Source: an uncultured Candidatus Saccharibacteria bacterium (GTDB taxonomy: Bacteria > Patescibacteriota > Minisyncoccia > Phycocordibacterales > SBAW01). Taken from it: a stretch of DNA of 64,000 bases. The notes below the pieces were generated by a model. It ran no database searches, had not been told where the DNA came from, and saw only the letters and a program-made list of their open reading frames with translations. This document shows, one piece after another, positions 8,729 to 17,615 of this stretch. The stretch spans positions 2,273 through 66,272 of the forward strand of contig CAYGHD010000001.1 of NCBI GenBank assembly GCA_964349675.1, given 5' to 3'. Every line of letters starts with the position of its first letter. Position 1 is the first letter of the stretch. A program made the translations under genes and the position numbers.

Positions 8729-10558
8729 ATGCAGGAAGATCCAAACAAAATAACATTCTTTGCCCAAACAAATTCTCGCGGCAAAGAGACGCCGTTTGGG
8801 ATTAAGCGTAAAGACCGCGCCCGCCATATGTATGTGATTGGCAAGACCGGCATGGGTAAATCAACCCTGCTTGAAAACATGGCCATTCAGGATATCCGAA
8901 ATGGCGAAGGGCTCGCGTTTATCGATCCACACGGCTCAACAGCGGACAGAATTATGGAATACGTGCCCGAGCATCGCATCAAAGATGTGGTTTACTTTGC
9001 GCCCTTTGATATGGACTATCCGGTGGCCTTTAATGTGATGGAAGACGTTGGATATGACAAACGCCATTTGGTGGTATCTGGTCTTTTGTCTGCGTTTCGC
9101 AAAATCTGGGTTGACGCTTGGAGTGCTCGCATGGAATATATTTTGTCCAACACACTGCTTGCCCTGCTTGAATATGAAGGTGCAACACTGCTTGATGTAA
9201 ATCGCATGCTGGTGAACAAGGTGTTTCGCAAAAAGGTAGTAGAAAATGTTACAGACCCAATTGTGAAGAGTTTTTGGGTCGATGAATTTGCGAATTATAC
9301 TGACCGCTATACACAAGATGCTACACCTGCCATACAGAACAAGGTAGGGCAGTTTACGAGCAATCCACTGATTCGTAACATTGTTGGGCAGCCAAAATCC
9401 TCTTTTGATATACGGCAAATTATGGATGAGAAAAAAATACTCATCATGAACTTGTCAAAAGGCCGCGTGGGCGAGGTAAACGCAACCCTGTTGGGCTCAA
9501 TGCTTGTTACTAAAATATACTTGGCGGCAATGTCTCGCGCAGATGTGCCAGCACAGACGCTTGCGACGCTGCCGAATTTCTACTTCTATGTTGACGAATT
9601 TCAAAACTTTGCCAATGAGTCATTCTCTGACATTTTATCGGAGGCTCGCAAATATAAACTTAATTTAATTATCGCGCACCAGTACATCGAGCAGATGGAA
9701 GAGGAGGTGCGTGACGCTGTGTTTGGCAACGTGGGTACTACTGTTGCATTTCGGGTAGGACCGTTTGATGCTGAAGTGCTTGAAACTATATTCCAACCGC
9801 AATTTACGCAAACAGACCTAGTTAATTTAGGATTCGCACAGATCTACCTGACTCTGATGATAGACGGTGTCGGGTCGCCCCCTTTTTCTGCGACTACCAT
9901 CGCCCCGTTTGATCTGCCGCCAGAGCGGTTTACTGATGTCGTACTCCAAAACTCACGGATGCAATTTGCAAAACATCGAGAAGCGGTTGAAGCCGCACTC
10001 GCGGTATGGCAAGAAGTAGATAATGCAAAACCGAAAGTGCAAAGCGAGGCCGCTCGACCAAAACCCATTGCCTCGAGTGCTCCGCAGGCGCCTGTAGCGG
10101 CGGTGGTGCCCAGACCCTACGTACCTCCGGCACGCCCAGTGCCTACACAGGTTCCTGTAGAAAAACCAACACCCTATGTGCCGCCAACTCCAACTCCAAC
10201 TCCAACTCCAGCTCCAGCTCCAGCTCCCATACAAAAACCCGTTGATGTGCATCCTAAACCCTATCAGCCGGTGGTACAAAAGCCGCAGACTCCAAAGCCA
10301 ATGCCAGAGCGGCCTCCACTTGGGGGTGCAAAAAGCCTCAGAGAGGCGCTTGCACAAGTTACTCATAGTAAAGGGGTGACGCCAGCTGTTCCTGCTCCGC
10401 GGCCCGTATCCAATGGGGTACATGCGCCCGACTTAAAAGAGACCTTACACAAGGTTGCAGAACATGCAGAAAAAAAGTCTCCACCAAAAGCAGCATTGCC
10501 AGAAGCACTACTACGTGAAATGCTCGCTGTTGACGAGTTACCTGATGAAAAAGCGTAA
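8729..10558 (+). CDS. VirD4/TraG-type (type IV secretion coupling-protein-like) P-loop ATPase with Pro/Thr-rich C-terminal tail
   Basis: Walker A HMYVIGKTGMGKSTLLENM followed by FIDPHGS (compare the DPKG motif of TraG/VirD4); DEFQNF Walker-B-like; ~150-aa low-complexity C-terminal tail (PTPTPTPTPAPAPAP, KP/PV-rich). Confidence 0.5.
   Translation: MQEDPNKITFFAQTNSRGKETPFGIKRKDRARHMYVIGKTGMGKSTLLENMAIQDIRNGEGLAFIDPHGSTADRIMEYVPEHRIKDVVYFAPFDMDYPVAFNVMEDVGYDKRHLVVSGLLSAFRKIWVDAWSARMEYILSNTLLALLEYEGATLLDVNRMLVNKVFRKKVVENVTDPIVKSFWVDEFANYTDRYTQDATPAIQNKVGQFTSNPLIRNIVGQPKSSFDIRQIMDEKKILIMNLSKGRVGEVNATLLGSMLVTKIYLAAMSRADVPAQTLATLPNFYFYVDEFQNFANESFSDILSEARKYKLNLIIAHQYIEQMEEEVRDAVFGNVGTTVAFRVGPFDAEVLETIFQPQFTQTDLVNLGFAQIYLTLMIDGVGSPPFSATTIAPFDLPPERFTDVVLQNSRMQFAKHREAVEAALAVWQEVDNAKPKVQSEAARPKPIASSAPQAPVAAVVPRPYVPPARPVPTQVPVEKPTPYVPPTPTPTPTPAPAPAPIQKPVDVHPKPYQPVVQKPQTPKPMPERPPLGGAKSLREALAQVTHSKGVTPAVPAPRPVSNGVHAPDLKETLHKVAEHAEKKSPPKAALPEALLREMLAVDELPDEKA
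10190..10232 (+). repeat. Hexanucleotide microsatellite (ccaact)x3 then (ccagct)x3 inside the coding sequence
   Basis: Read directly: ccaactccaactccaactccagctccagctccagctcc, encoding PTPTPTPAPAPAP. Confidence 0.8.
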
Positions 10559-11390
10559 CTGCGCTCGCACAATATCTTTTTTACTATGCGTCGTCAGTCT
10601 GGGTGTGCCGTGTGCGGCGACTGCCGCGGTTACTATAACCGAAGCGATGTACAATCCTGCGGGGAGTGACACCGGGCGTGAGTGGATAGAATTACATAAT
10701 AGCGGCAGCGAGGCGGTAGAGGTTTCGGCTGGGCAAAAAGGGTGGCGCATAAACGATGGCGCAAACCATGTGTTTGGAAGTAACGTAGTGATACCTCCCG
10801 GTGGGTTTGTTATAGTCGCCAGCAACCCCGTGGCGTTTGCGGCGCAGTACGGCAGCGGGTTATTGGTTGTTAAATCAGCGTTGAGTCTTAATAATGCGGG
10901 CGGCACACTTTCTTTGCTTGATGCAGAGGGAAAAATTGTAGACACGGTTTCGTATACAAAAAGCATTGGTGGACTTGAAGATGGTATGTCACTGCATAGG
11001 GTGGGTAGCGGTTTTGCACCGGGCACCCCAAACCCAGGCGTTGCACCAGCTCCAGGTGTCCCTAAAAGTGCGTCGCCTGCACAAAAAACGACGGCATCAA
11101 CTGCCGCTGCGCCAAAAATACAACAAAAGAAAACTGTAGTGGAGCAATCTGCTCGAGCTGTCGACAAGTCTGAATTGCCGGCTGCCGCTGCTGCGCAACA
11201 AAGCACCCACACCGGAGAGTTAGACTCTCCGGTTGGTCTGCCAAAGCAAGGAGGGTTTTTATGGCATTATGTTTTGGCGCTGACTGCGCTCGTGGTCCTT
11301 GGGGTGGCGAGCGTCTGGTATATCCGTGCTGAAAAACAGGCGAAGCAGTATGAAACCCCTGCTTCGGTGGATGAGTTTGATATAGAATAA
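10545..11390 (+). CDS. Lamin-tail-domain (LTD) protein with signal peptide and C-terminal TM anchor
   Basis: ITEAMYNPAGSDTGREWIELHNSGSEAVEVS is the canonical LTD motif; N-terminal hydrophobic signal (ISFLLCVVSLGVPCAATAA); Ala/Pro/Gly linker; C-terminal TM (WHYVLALTALVVLGVASVWYI); start at ATG 10545 overlaps the upstream stop by 14 bp. Confidence 0.6.
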   Translation: MKKRNCARTISFLLCVVSLGVPCAATAAVTITEAMYNPAGSDTGREWIELHNSGSEAVEVSAGQKGWRINDGANHVFGSNVVIPPGGFVIVASNPVAFAAQYGSGLLVVKSALSLNNAGGTLSLLDAEGKIVDTVSYTKSIGGLEDGMSLHRVGSGFAPGTPNPGVAPAPGVPKSASPAQKTTASTAAAPKIQQKKTVVEQSARAVDKSELPAAAAAQQSTHTGELDSPVGLPKQGGFLWHYVLALTALVVLGVASVWYIRAEKQAKQYETPASVDEFDIE

Positions 11391-11427
11391 ACGGGCTTTT
11401 ACTCTGCCCATTTGCTACACTCACAAC

Positions 11428-12552
11428 ATGAAAAAAGTACTCATATTTTCTCTCGCATATTACCCACGCGTGGGTGGGGCAGAGGTGGCAGTTAAAGAAA
11501 TTACTGACCGCATTACTGACATCGAGTTCCACATGGTGACTATGCGATTTTCTGCAACGGATGCATCACAGGAGCGGGTAGGAAACGTGCTGGTTCATAG
11601 GATTGGAAGAGGGAGTAGCAAAATACATAAATTTTTATTCCAATTCTACGCGGCATGGGTGGCGCACAAGCTACACAAAAAAGAATCTTTTGACGCAACG
11701 TGGGCAGTCATGGCGCACGGCGCAGGGGTGCCGGCGGCGTTATTTAAAACTTGGCACAAAAATGTGCCCTATATTTTGAACCTGCAAGAAGGTGACCCAA
11801 TTGCACATATAGAAAAGACGATGCTGCCGCTGTGGCCATGGTTTGTGCGGGCGTTTACAAAAGCCGACATGGTGCAGCCGCTTTCAACCTACCTAGCAGT
11901 GTGGGCTCGTACGCGCGGATACAAAGGGCCGATAGAGATAATCCCTAACGGTGTCTCTATTTCGCAGTTTGAAGGTGTGCCGGAGGCGCACGAGCGGGTG
12001 GTGCTCATCACTACGTCACGGTTGGTGCACAAAAATGCAGTGGACGATGTGATTAAAGCGCTGCCGCTTTTGCCAACGCTGGTGCAATTTCGCATTTTAG
12101 GTACAGGCAAAGAAGAAGCAAATCTTAAAGCTTTGGCAAAAAAACTTGGGGTAGAGGGCCGCGTCGAGTTTGTGGGATATGTTGACCATGCACAGTTGCC
12201 GAATGAATTGCACAAGGCAGATATTTTTATACGGCCCTCGAGGAGCGAGGGGTTTGGTGCGTCGTTTGTAGAGGCGATGGCGGCGGGGCTGCCGGTGGTT
12301 GCAACACAAGAGGGGGGATTGGCGGACTTTTTATTTGATGTAAAAAAGAATCCCGACAAACCATCTACTGGCTTTGCGGTAGACAAAAACTCACCTGAGC
12401 AAATCGCTGAAGCAGTAAAAACCATTTTGGCTCAACCACAGCAAGTGGTAGAGGTGGTCAAAAACGCCCAGGCAATGGTGAAAGAAAAATACGACTGGGA
12501 CACTGTTACGCGCCACATGCGCGATCGAGTGTTTGGGAAGGTGTTTGTGTAG
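11428..12552 (+). CDS. Glycosyltransferase family 4 (GT-B)
   Basis: RPSRSEGFGASFVEAMAAGLPVVATQEGGLADFL is the GT4 E-x7-E region; GT-B length of 374 aa. Confidence 0.75.
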   Translation: MKKVLIFSLAYYPRVGGAEVAVKEITDRITDIEFHMVTMRFSATDASQERVGNVLVHRIGRGSSKIHKFLFQFYAAWVAHKLHKKESFDATWAVMAHGAGVPAALFKTWHKNVPYILNLQEGDPIAHIEKTMLPLWPWFVRAFTKADMVQPLSTYLAVWARTRGYKGPIEIIPNGVSISQFEGVPEAHERVVLITTSRLVHKNAVDDVIKALPLLPTLVQFRILGTGKEEANLKALAKKLGVEGRVEFVGYVDHAQLPNELHKADIFIRPSRSEGFGASFVEAMAAGLPVVATQEGGLADFLFDVKKNPDKPSTGFAVDKNSPEQIAEAVKTILAQPQQVVEVVKNAQAMVKEKYDWDTVTRHMRDRVFGKVFV

Positions 12553-12624
12553 ATGGGACTGTTGTCCCCTGCAAAAAGCCCACTCGTGTCGGTATAAATT
12601 TTTTTCTACTATATACTTTGTATT

Positions 12625-13572
12625 GTGATTAATATTCTATACGTGGTCATTCTGTTGGGTATCCTGGTTTCTGTATACAGGATGCATGAGCTTGAGAATA
12701 ATATTTTGTATTGGGTTATGTTGCTGGGGGTTTTGCTCCTATTGCTGATCTCCAAGCGGTTAAATCCTAAAACTCCAAGGACCAACTCCGTTGCTGGTAA
12801 AGTAATAGCGACAAATACAAAAGAGCGTTTTCCTACGTGGTATCGGTTGCGTCGTCTCATTCGCGGTGTCGTGTTAATTGGTTGTGGAATTGCACTGTTC
12901 GCCCTGTGCTGGTTCCTGGTGACCCACTATTCTCAATGGCTACTGTCAGGAAAAGAATATATTGCCCTGTCTACAAACGCCCATGCGATGGTCTCGCTGG
13001 TGTTAGCCTTTTTCTTGGGTCTTGTTTGGGGTAGTTTTTTGCTTAGCCCTTTAGACCGTATTTTCTCGAGCGCTGCATACCGCCTGAAGAAAAATCACTC
13101 CAAGGGAGGGAATGGCAAAACAAGAGGTAATTCAAAATCTTTTACAAAATCGTACCGTACGTTTACGATTATTTTTTCTTTTCTCACCGCTTCACTACTT
13201 TTTCTTGTGGCGGATAATTATTATTATGTCGACCAACAAGCCCTTCATTACAATTCATTCTTTGGGATTAGTGAGAAAAGTATACCTCTCGGTAAGCTGG
13301 AAAAGATTGAAGTAGCTGCCAGGAAAGGATCATCACGTCGGTTCCTTTCGGGTTCTTATTGGGAGTACGTATTAGTATTTAGCACGGGCGAAAAGTTTAA
13401 CCTAAGAGAAGCGGGAGCGACGGATTTGAAAGAATTAGACACACTTCTTATGGGGAAAAATATCCCAGTCGAAGTTACAAGATTAGATGACAATGCAAGG
13501 GTGTGGGTAACTAGTAACGCCTGGCCGGATGTTCAAGAGTTGTTTAAGCAAGTACTTAGCAGAAGTCGATAA
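12625..13572 (+). CDS. Hypothetical membrane protein (multi-TM N-terminal half, soluble C-terminal half)
   Basis: Several hydrophobic helices; no recognisable motif; lies in an AT-richer segment. Confidence 0.35.
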   Translation: MINILYVVILLGILVSVYRMHELENNILYWVMLLGVLLLLLISKRLNPKTPRTNSVAGKVIATNTKERFPTWYRLRRLIRGVVLIGCGIALFALCWFLVTHYSQWLLSGKEYIALSTNAHAMVSLVLAFFLGLVWGSFLLSPLDRIFSSAAYRLKKNHSKGGNGKTRGNSKSFTKSYRTFTIIFSFLTASLLFLVADNYYYVDQQALHYNSFFGISEKSIPLGKLEKIEVAARKGSSRRFLSGSYWEYVLVFSTGEKFNLREAGATDLKELDTLLMGKNIPVEVTRLDDNARVWVTSNAWPDVQELFKQVLSRSR

Positions 13573-13594
13573 ATTAAATAACGTAAATGTTAAA

Positions 13595-13625
13595 AACTAA
13601 CGCAGTCTGACTGCGTTAGTTTTCT
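13595..13625 (+). terminator. Rho-independent terminator
   Basis: Perfect 11-bp stem aactaacgcag / ctgcgttagtt with loop tctga, followed by a T-run, 23 bp after the stop at 13572. Confidence 0.55.
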
Positions 13626-13838
13626 AGGCAAGCGAGAGAACGCTCGTAAGTGGTATATACTACACGGTAGCTATTAGTAAGTTAATTTTAAACTTAAATG
13701 AACAAAATAGTTTGGATCGCTATCGTGCTTGTTGTCGGAGGTATAGGTTTTTATGTATGGAATTCAAATATGCTTCCAGGGTTTGTTTCGTCAGGGGCCG
13801 ACAGACAACCACCCGCACTACCCGAATAAGCATAAAAT

Positions 13839-14510
13839 ATGAACAAATACCTAGTACTTTTGGTTCCTGTTTTGTTCCTTATGTTCGCTCAGTCAGTCGA
13901 TGCCCGAAGCACTTTTTCTGTAAAGGAGGGGTGGAATTTGGTGAGCACTGATGTTTTAGAAGACGCCATGAAAGACAAAAACGGGTTTGATGAGCTTCTT
14001 GCACAAGGTGGCGCCGTGTTCGGTTTAAGTTCTATTGATAAAAAATACTATGGTGGCAGTGGTAGTTGGGACAAGATAAATAAAAATCTACAAGACCTAT
14101 ATCGTTCGCTCCCTCGTGGCGATGAGTGTGGTGGTGACGACTGCGTTCCTGCTTTTGGTTGGTGGTTTTATAGTCCACGGAGTTTCTCTCTATCTGTTGA
14201 TTTCGACATATCTAGAGATAATCTCGATAATTATACTAAAGCGTATCGCCTCAATAGTGGTTGGAATCTTGTGGGTATAACCAATACGTTTCTCGGAAAA
14301 TCACTCACTGAAGTGCGAGGCTCTTGTGAGTTTGTTTCTGTCTACCATTACGAAAACGGGAGCTTCCGCAAACAAATGGACTCTGATTTAAGAGAGCGAA
14401 TGACTGAAGACTCCTTAGGGCATGCGCTTGCTGTTAAAGTACGCAATGATTGTGTATTCAGTTTCGACAAAGTGGTCACGCCCAAACAAATTCCCGCTAT
14501 TCCAGAGTAA
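13839..14510 (+). CDS. Secreted hypothetical protein (223 aa)
   Basis: Signal-peptide-like N-terminus MNKYLVLLVPVLFLMFAQSVDA; internal repeated GWNLV motif; no known family recognised. Confidence 0.4.
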   Translation: MNKYLVLLVPVLFLMFAQSVDARSTFSVKEGWNLVSTDVLEDAMKDKNGFDELLAQGGAVFGLSSIDKKYYGGSGSWDKINKNLQDLYRSLPRGDECGGDDCVPAFGWWFYSPRSFSLSVDFDISRDNLDNYTKAYRLNSGWNLVGITNTFLGKSLTEVRGSCEFVSVYHYENGSFRKQMDSDLRERMTEDSLGHALAVKVRNDCVFSFDKVVTPKQIPAIPE

Positions 14511-14585
14511 TCCCGTAGAAAAGTGGTGTAAGGTGCGCGGTGGTAACTTCTCGCCCTTGAGGGCAGTTTGAGATAGAGTTACCGT

Positions 14586-15587
14586 ATGAAGATTCTCATT
14601 GCCACAGGCATATACCCGCCCCAGGTAGGTGGGCCAGCATACTATGCCAAAGGGCTTCAGGGGGCGCTCAGCGAGGCCGGGCACGAGGTTAAGGTGGTGA
14701 CGTACGGGGCGCTGATGCGCCTACCTGCGGGGGTGCGCCACGCCGCTTTTTTGGTGCGCTTGGTGCCAAAGCTTCTGTGGGCAGATAGGGTCATCGCGCT
14801 CGACACGTTTAGTGTGGCGTGGCCACTTGCGCTTGCGACAAGGTTCGTGCGCGTGCCCTTCGTGCTGCGTACAGGGGGAGATTTTGTATGGGAGGAATAC
14901 TTGGAGCGCACAGACGAGGATATACTCCTTAAAGATTTTTATACAAAGGAGCGAGCGTATACAATAAAAGAAAAGTTGCTGCTGCGCGCAACGCGGTATG
15001 TATTGCTTCGTGCAGACAAAATTATTTTTAGCACCGTGTTGCAGCGAGATATTTGGGTTGCGGCGTATGCTATCGCAGAGGACAAGACGCGTATTATAGA
15101 AAATGCGATTGACGCGCCGCTTCCAAGCGTGCCGCCACAGCAAAAAAACTTTTTGTGGTATGTCCGCCCAACGGCATTTAAAAATAGTGCACGACTACAT
15201 GCAGCCTTTGCAAAAGCAAAAGAGCAGTACCCGGATATTATTTTGGAGGAGGGGCAGCTACCCAAACAGCAATTGCTAGAGAAAATGGCGAGCTGCTATG
15301 CAGTGTTGCTTCCGTCGCTTACCGAGATAAGCCCCAACTACATACTCGATGCGCTCCGATTTAAGAAGCCATTTATTATGGACAAGTACTCTGGCTTGGC
15401 AGACAAGTTGGGGCCGTATGGTATGTTGGTTGACCCGCTCGATGAAGCAGATATTGTTCGCGGCATAGAAGAGCTTGCCAGTGACGATGGGTATGCACGT
15501 GCAGTCGCAAAAGTGTCCGCGTTTAATGAAGTGCGGTCGTATAGCGATGTTGCGCAAGATTTTATAAAAATTTTAATTGTAATATAG
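14586..15587 (+). CDS. Glycosyltransferase (GT4-like GT-B)
   Basis: N-terminal KILIATGIYPPQVGGPAYYAKGL, typical of GT4 N-terminal domains; C-terminal GT-B-like region. Confidence 0.55.
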   Translation: MKILIATGIYPPQVGGPAYYAKGLQGALSEAGHEVKVVTYGALMRLPAGVRHAAFLVRLVPKLLWADRVIALDTFSVAWPLALATRFVRVPFVLRTGGDFVWEEYLERTDEDILLKDFYTKERAYTIKEKLLLRATRYVLLRADKIIFSTVLQRDIWVAAYAIAEDKTRIIENAIDAPLPSVPPQQKNFLWYVRPTAFKNSARLHAAFAKAKEQYPDIILEEGQLPKQQLLEKMASCYAVLLPSLTEISPNYILDALRFKKPFIMDKYSGLADKLGPYGMLVDPLDEADIVRGIEELASDDGYARAVAKVSAFNEVRSYSDVAQDFIKILIVI

Positions 15588-15661
15588 AAATGCTTCGCAT
15601 TTATATAATCAGCGTTCGTTCGGAAATTAAAGTAAACTTTATTTCGCTCACTCACTAGATT

Positions 15662-16579
15662 ATGAAAGTTTTGATGATAAGTGGAGATGCTCGGATGCTA
15701 GAGCCTGGGAGCGACGCGGCCAAACGTTTAGCATTGCAAAAAAGCGTCGTCGACCAGTTGGATGTTTTTGTCTGGCCCGCGGTGCATAGTGCGTTGGGTG
15801 TGCTGCGCGCAGCGCGGGGATGTGATGTGGTTACGACCCAAGACCCGTTTTGGCGCGGACTACTTGGTCTGGTGGCGGCTCGGGCAAGCGGTGCAAGACT
15901 CAATGTACAAGTGCATGCAGACTTGGATGGCCAGCCATTTTGGCGCGCATGGTTGGCACAGTTTGTGCTCAAACAGGCAGACCGTGTGCGTGTAGTATCA
16001 CAGCGCGTAGGTCGGGCGCTGCCGCCCACAAAGGCAAAGGTATCGGTATTGCCGATATATATAGACCTGGCCCCTTTTAACAATATAGTGCGGCACCCTC
16101 ATCCGCAGTTTGCAAAAACCCTACTTTGGATAGGGCGCTTTGAGGCAGAGAAAGACCCACTGCAAGCGCTCGTAATTTTGGAGGGCGTGCGCAGGGCGGG
16201 CATTGATGCAGGGCTCGTTATGCTTGGGGATGGTAGTTTGGGAGAAGCACTGCGCACGCAAGCAAAACAGATGTCTTTGCCTGTGCAATTTCCGGGCTGG
16301 CAAAATCCGATTGAATTTCTGTCAGTCGCAGACGTGGTACTCTCAACCTCTAAGTATGAGAGTTACGGGGCAAGCGTTGTTGAGTCTCTTGCCGCAGGTG
16401 TTCCGGTAGTGTCGTTTGATGTTGGGGTGGCAAGGGACGCTGGAGCACAAATTGTTGAAGATGCGGAAAGTATGACACAGGCGGTTGTACAAATCTTAAC
16501 AAGTCCAATGTCTGGGGTGCTGCAACTGAGTGTGTTGCCAAAACAAGAGTGGGCACAACAATGGAAAAATACACTTTAA
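15662..16579 (+). CDS. Glycosyltransferase family 4
   Basis: TSKYESYGASVVESLAAGVPVVSFDVGVARD is a GT4 E-x7-E-type nucleotide-sugar binding region. Confidence 0.65.
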   Translation: MKVLMISGDARMLEPGSDAAKRLALQKSVVDQLDVFVWPAVHSALGVLRAARGCDVVTTQDPFWRGLLGLVAARASGARLNVQVHADLDGQPFWRAWLAQFVLKQADRVRVVSQRVGRALPPTKAKVSVLPIYIDLAPFNNIVRHPHPQFAKTLLWIGRFEAEKDPLQALVILEGVRRAGIDAGLVMLGDGSLGEALRTQAKQMSLPVQFPGWQNPIEFLSVADVVLSTSKYESYGASVVESLAAGVPVVSFDVGVARDAGAQIVEDAESMTQAVVQILTSPMSGVLQLSVLPKQEWAQQWKNTL

Positions 16580-16592
16580 AGTTACAATAGAT

Positions 16593-17615
16593 ATGAAACT
16601 ACTTATCTGCACACAAATTGTCGACCAAAATGACCCCATCCTCGGTTTTTTTCATCGATGGATACAAGAGTTTGCGGTACATTGCGAACATGTGGAAGTA
16701 ATTTGTCTTAAAGAGGGAACGCACGCGCTGCCCGCGAATGTGCATGTGCAATCTTTAGGTAAAGAGCGCGGGGCAGTTTCAAAAATACAATATGCGTTTC
16801 GATTTTGGAGGCAGTTATATCGTGTGCGCCATGAATATGATGCGGTGTTTGTGCATATGAATCCGGAGTACATGCTCCTTGGGGGCATGTATTGGCGGCT
16901 TGCACAAAAACCTACCGCGCTATGGTATGTGCACAAATCAGTTACTCTTGGGCTGCGGTTGGCAGTATGGCTTTTGGGGAGTGTGTTCAGCGTCTCGCGC
17001 GAAAGTTTTCGGCTGCAGACCAGCAAACTTCATATTGTTGGGATGGGTATCGACCCTTCAATGACGGCGGATCCGGCGCCGCGCATTGGCGGTATCCGCA
17101 TTATCACCACAGGAAGGATCGCACATACAAAACGGATTATGGAGATGCTCGATGTGCTCGATGTGCTATACCGCGACGGCAAGGAGTTCACGTTTACTGT
17201 TGTGGGAGCGCCGGTCAATCCAGAGGATTTTGTGTATGAAAAAATACTCATTGAGGCCGTGCAGGCAAAACCCTACGCTTCTCGCGTATTTTTGCGCGGG
17301 GCTGTCCCGCATACTGCGATACCCGCACTGCTGCGAGAACAGAGTGTTTTTTTAAACCTCAGTGCAACTGGTAGCGTCGACAAAGCTGTTCTTGAAGCGC
17401 TCGCAAGTGGTGTGCCCGCGGTTGTATCCAATGAAGCGTTTAAAGACATGCTGAGCCCTTTTGGTTTATATGTGGGCAGTGGCAATGCTGCACAACTCGC
17501 GCATGCGGTAGAACAGGCGGCAATGTTGGATCCAAAGCCACTACGAGATATGGTGTTGGCAACCCACTCACTTAAGCGACTTGTGCCGACTATTCTGGAA
17601 ACGCTACAAATATGA
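16593..17615 (+). CDS. Glycosyltransferase (GT-B, GT4-like)
   Basis: Start at internal ATG 16593 (MKLLICTQIVDQNDPILGFFHRWIQEFA); C-terminal EALASGVPAVVSNEAFKD GT-B motif; the 4-bp ATGA overlap with the next gene suggests an operon. Confidence 0.55.
   Translation: MKLLICTQIVDQNDPILGFFHRWIQEFAVHCEHVEVICLKEGTHALPANVHVQSLGKERGAVSKIQYAFRFWRQLYRVRHEYDAVFVHMNPEYMLLGGMYWRLAQKPTALWYVHKSVTLGLRLAVWLLGSVFSVSRESFRLQTSKLHIVGMGIDPSMTADPAPRIGGIRIITTGRIAHTKRIMEMLDVLDVLYRDGKEFTFTVVGAPVNPEDFVYEKILIEAVQAKPYASRVFLRGAVPHTAIPALLREQSVFLNLSATGSVDKAVLEALASGVPAVVSNEAFKDMLSPFGLYVGSGNAAQLAHAVEQAAMLDPKPLRDMVLATHSLKRLVPTILETLQI

Noticed and set aside
10176-10232. Possible CRISPR-like periodicity (repeated ccaact/ccagct; WSWSWSWS on the antisense translation)
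   Set aside because: A 6-bp microsatellite inside a CDS; no spacers and no 25-40-bp repeats; not a CRISPR array.
17140-17170. Tandem 9-bp duplication gctcgatgt x2 (MLDVLDVLY) in the GT at 16593
   Set aside because: Only two units and in-frame; unremarkable.
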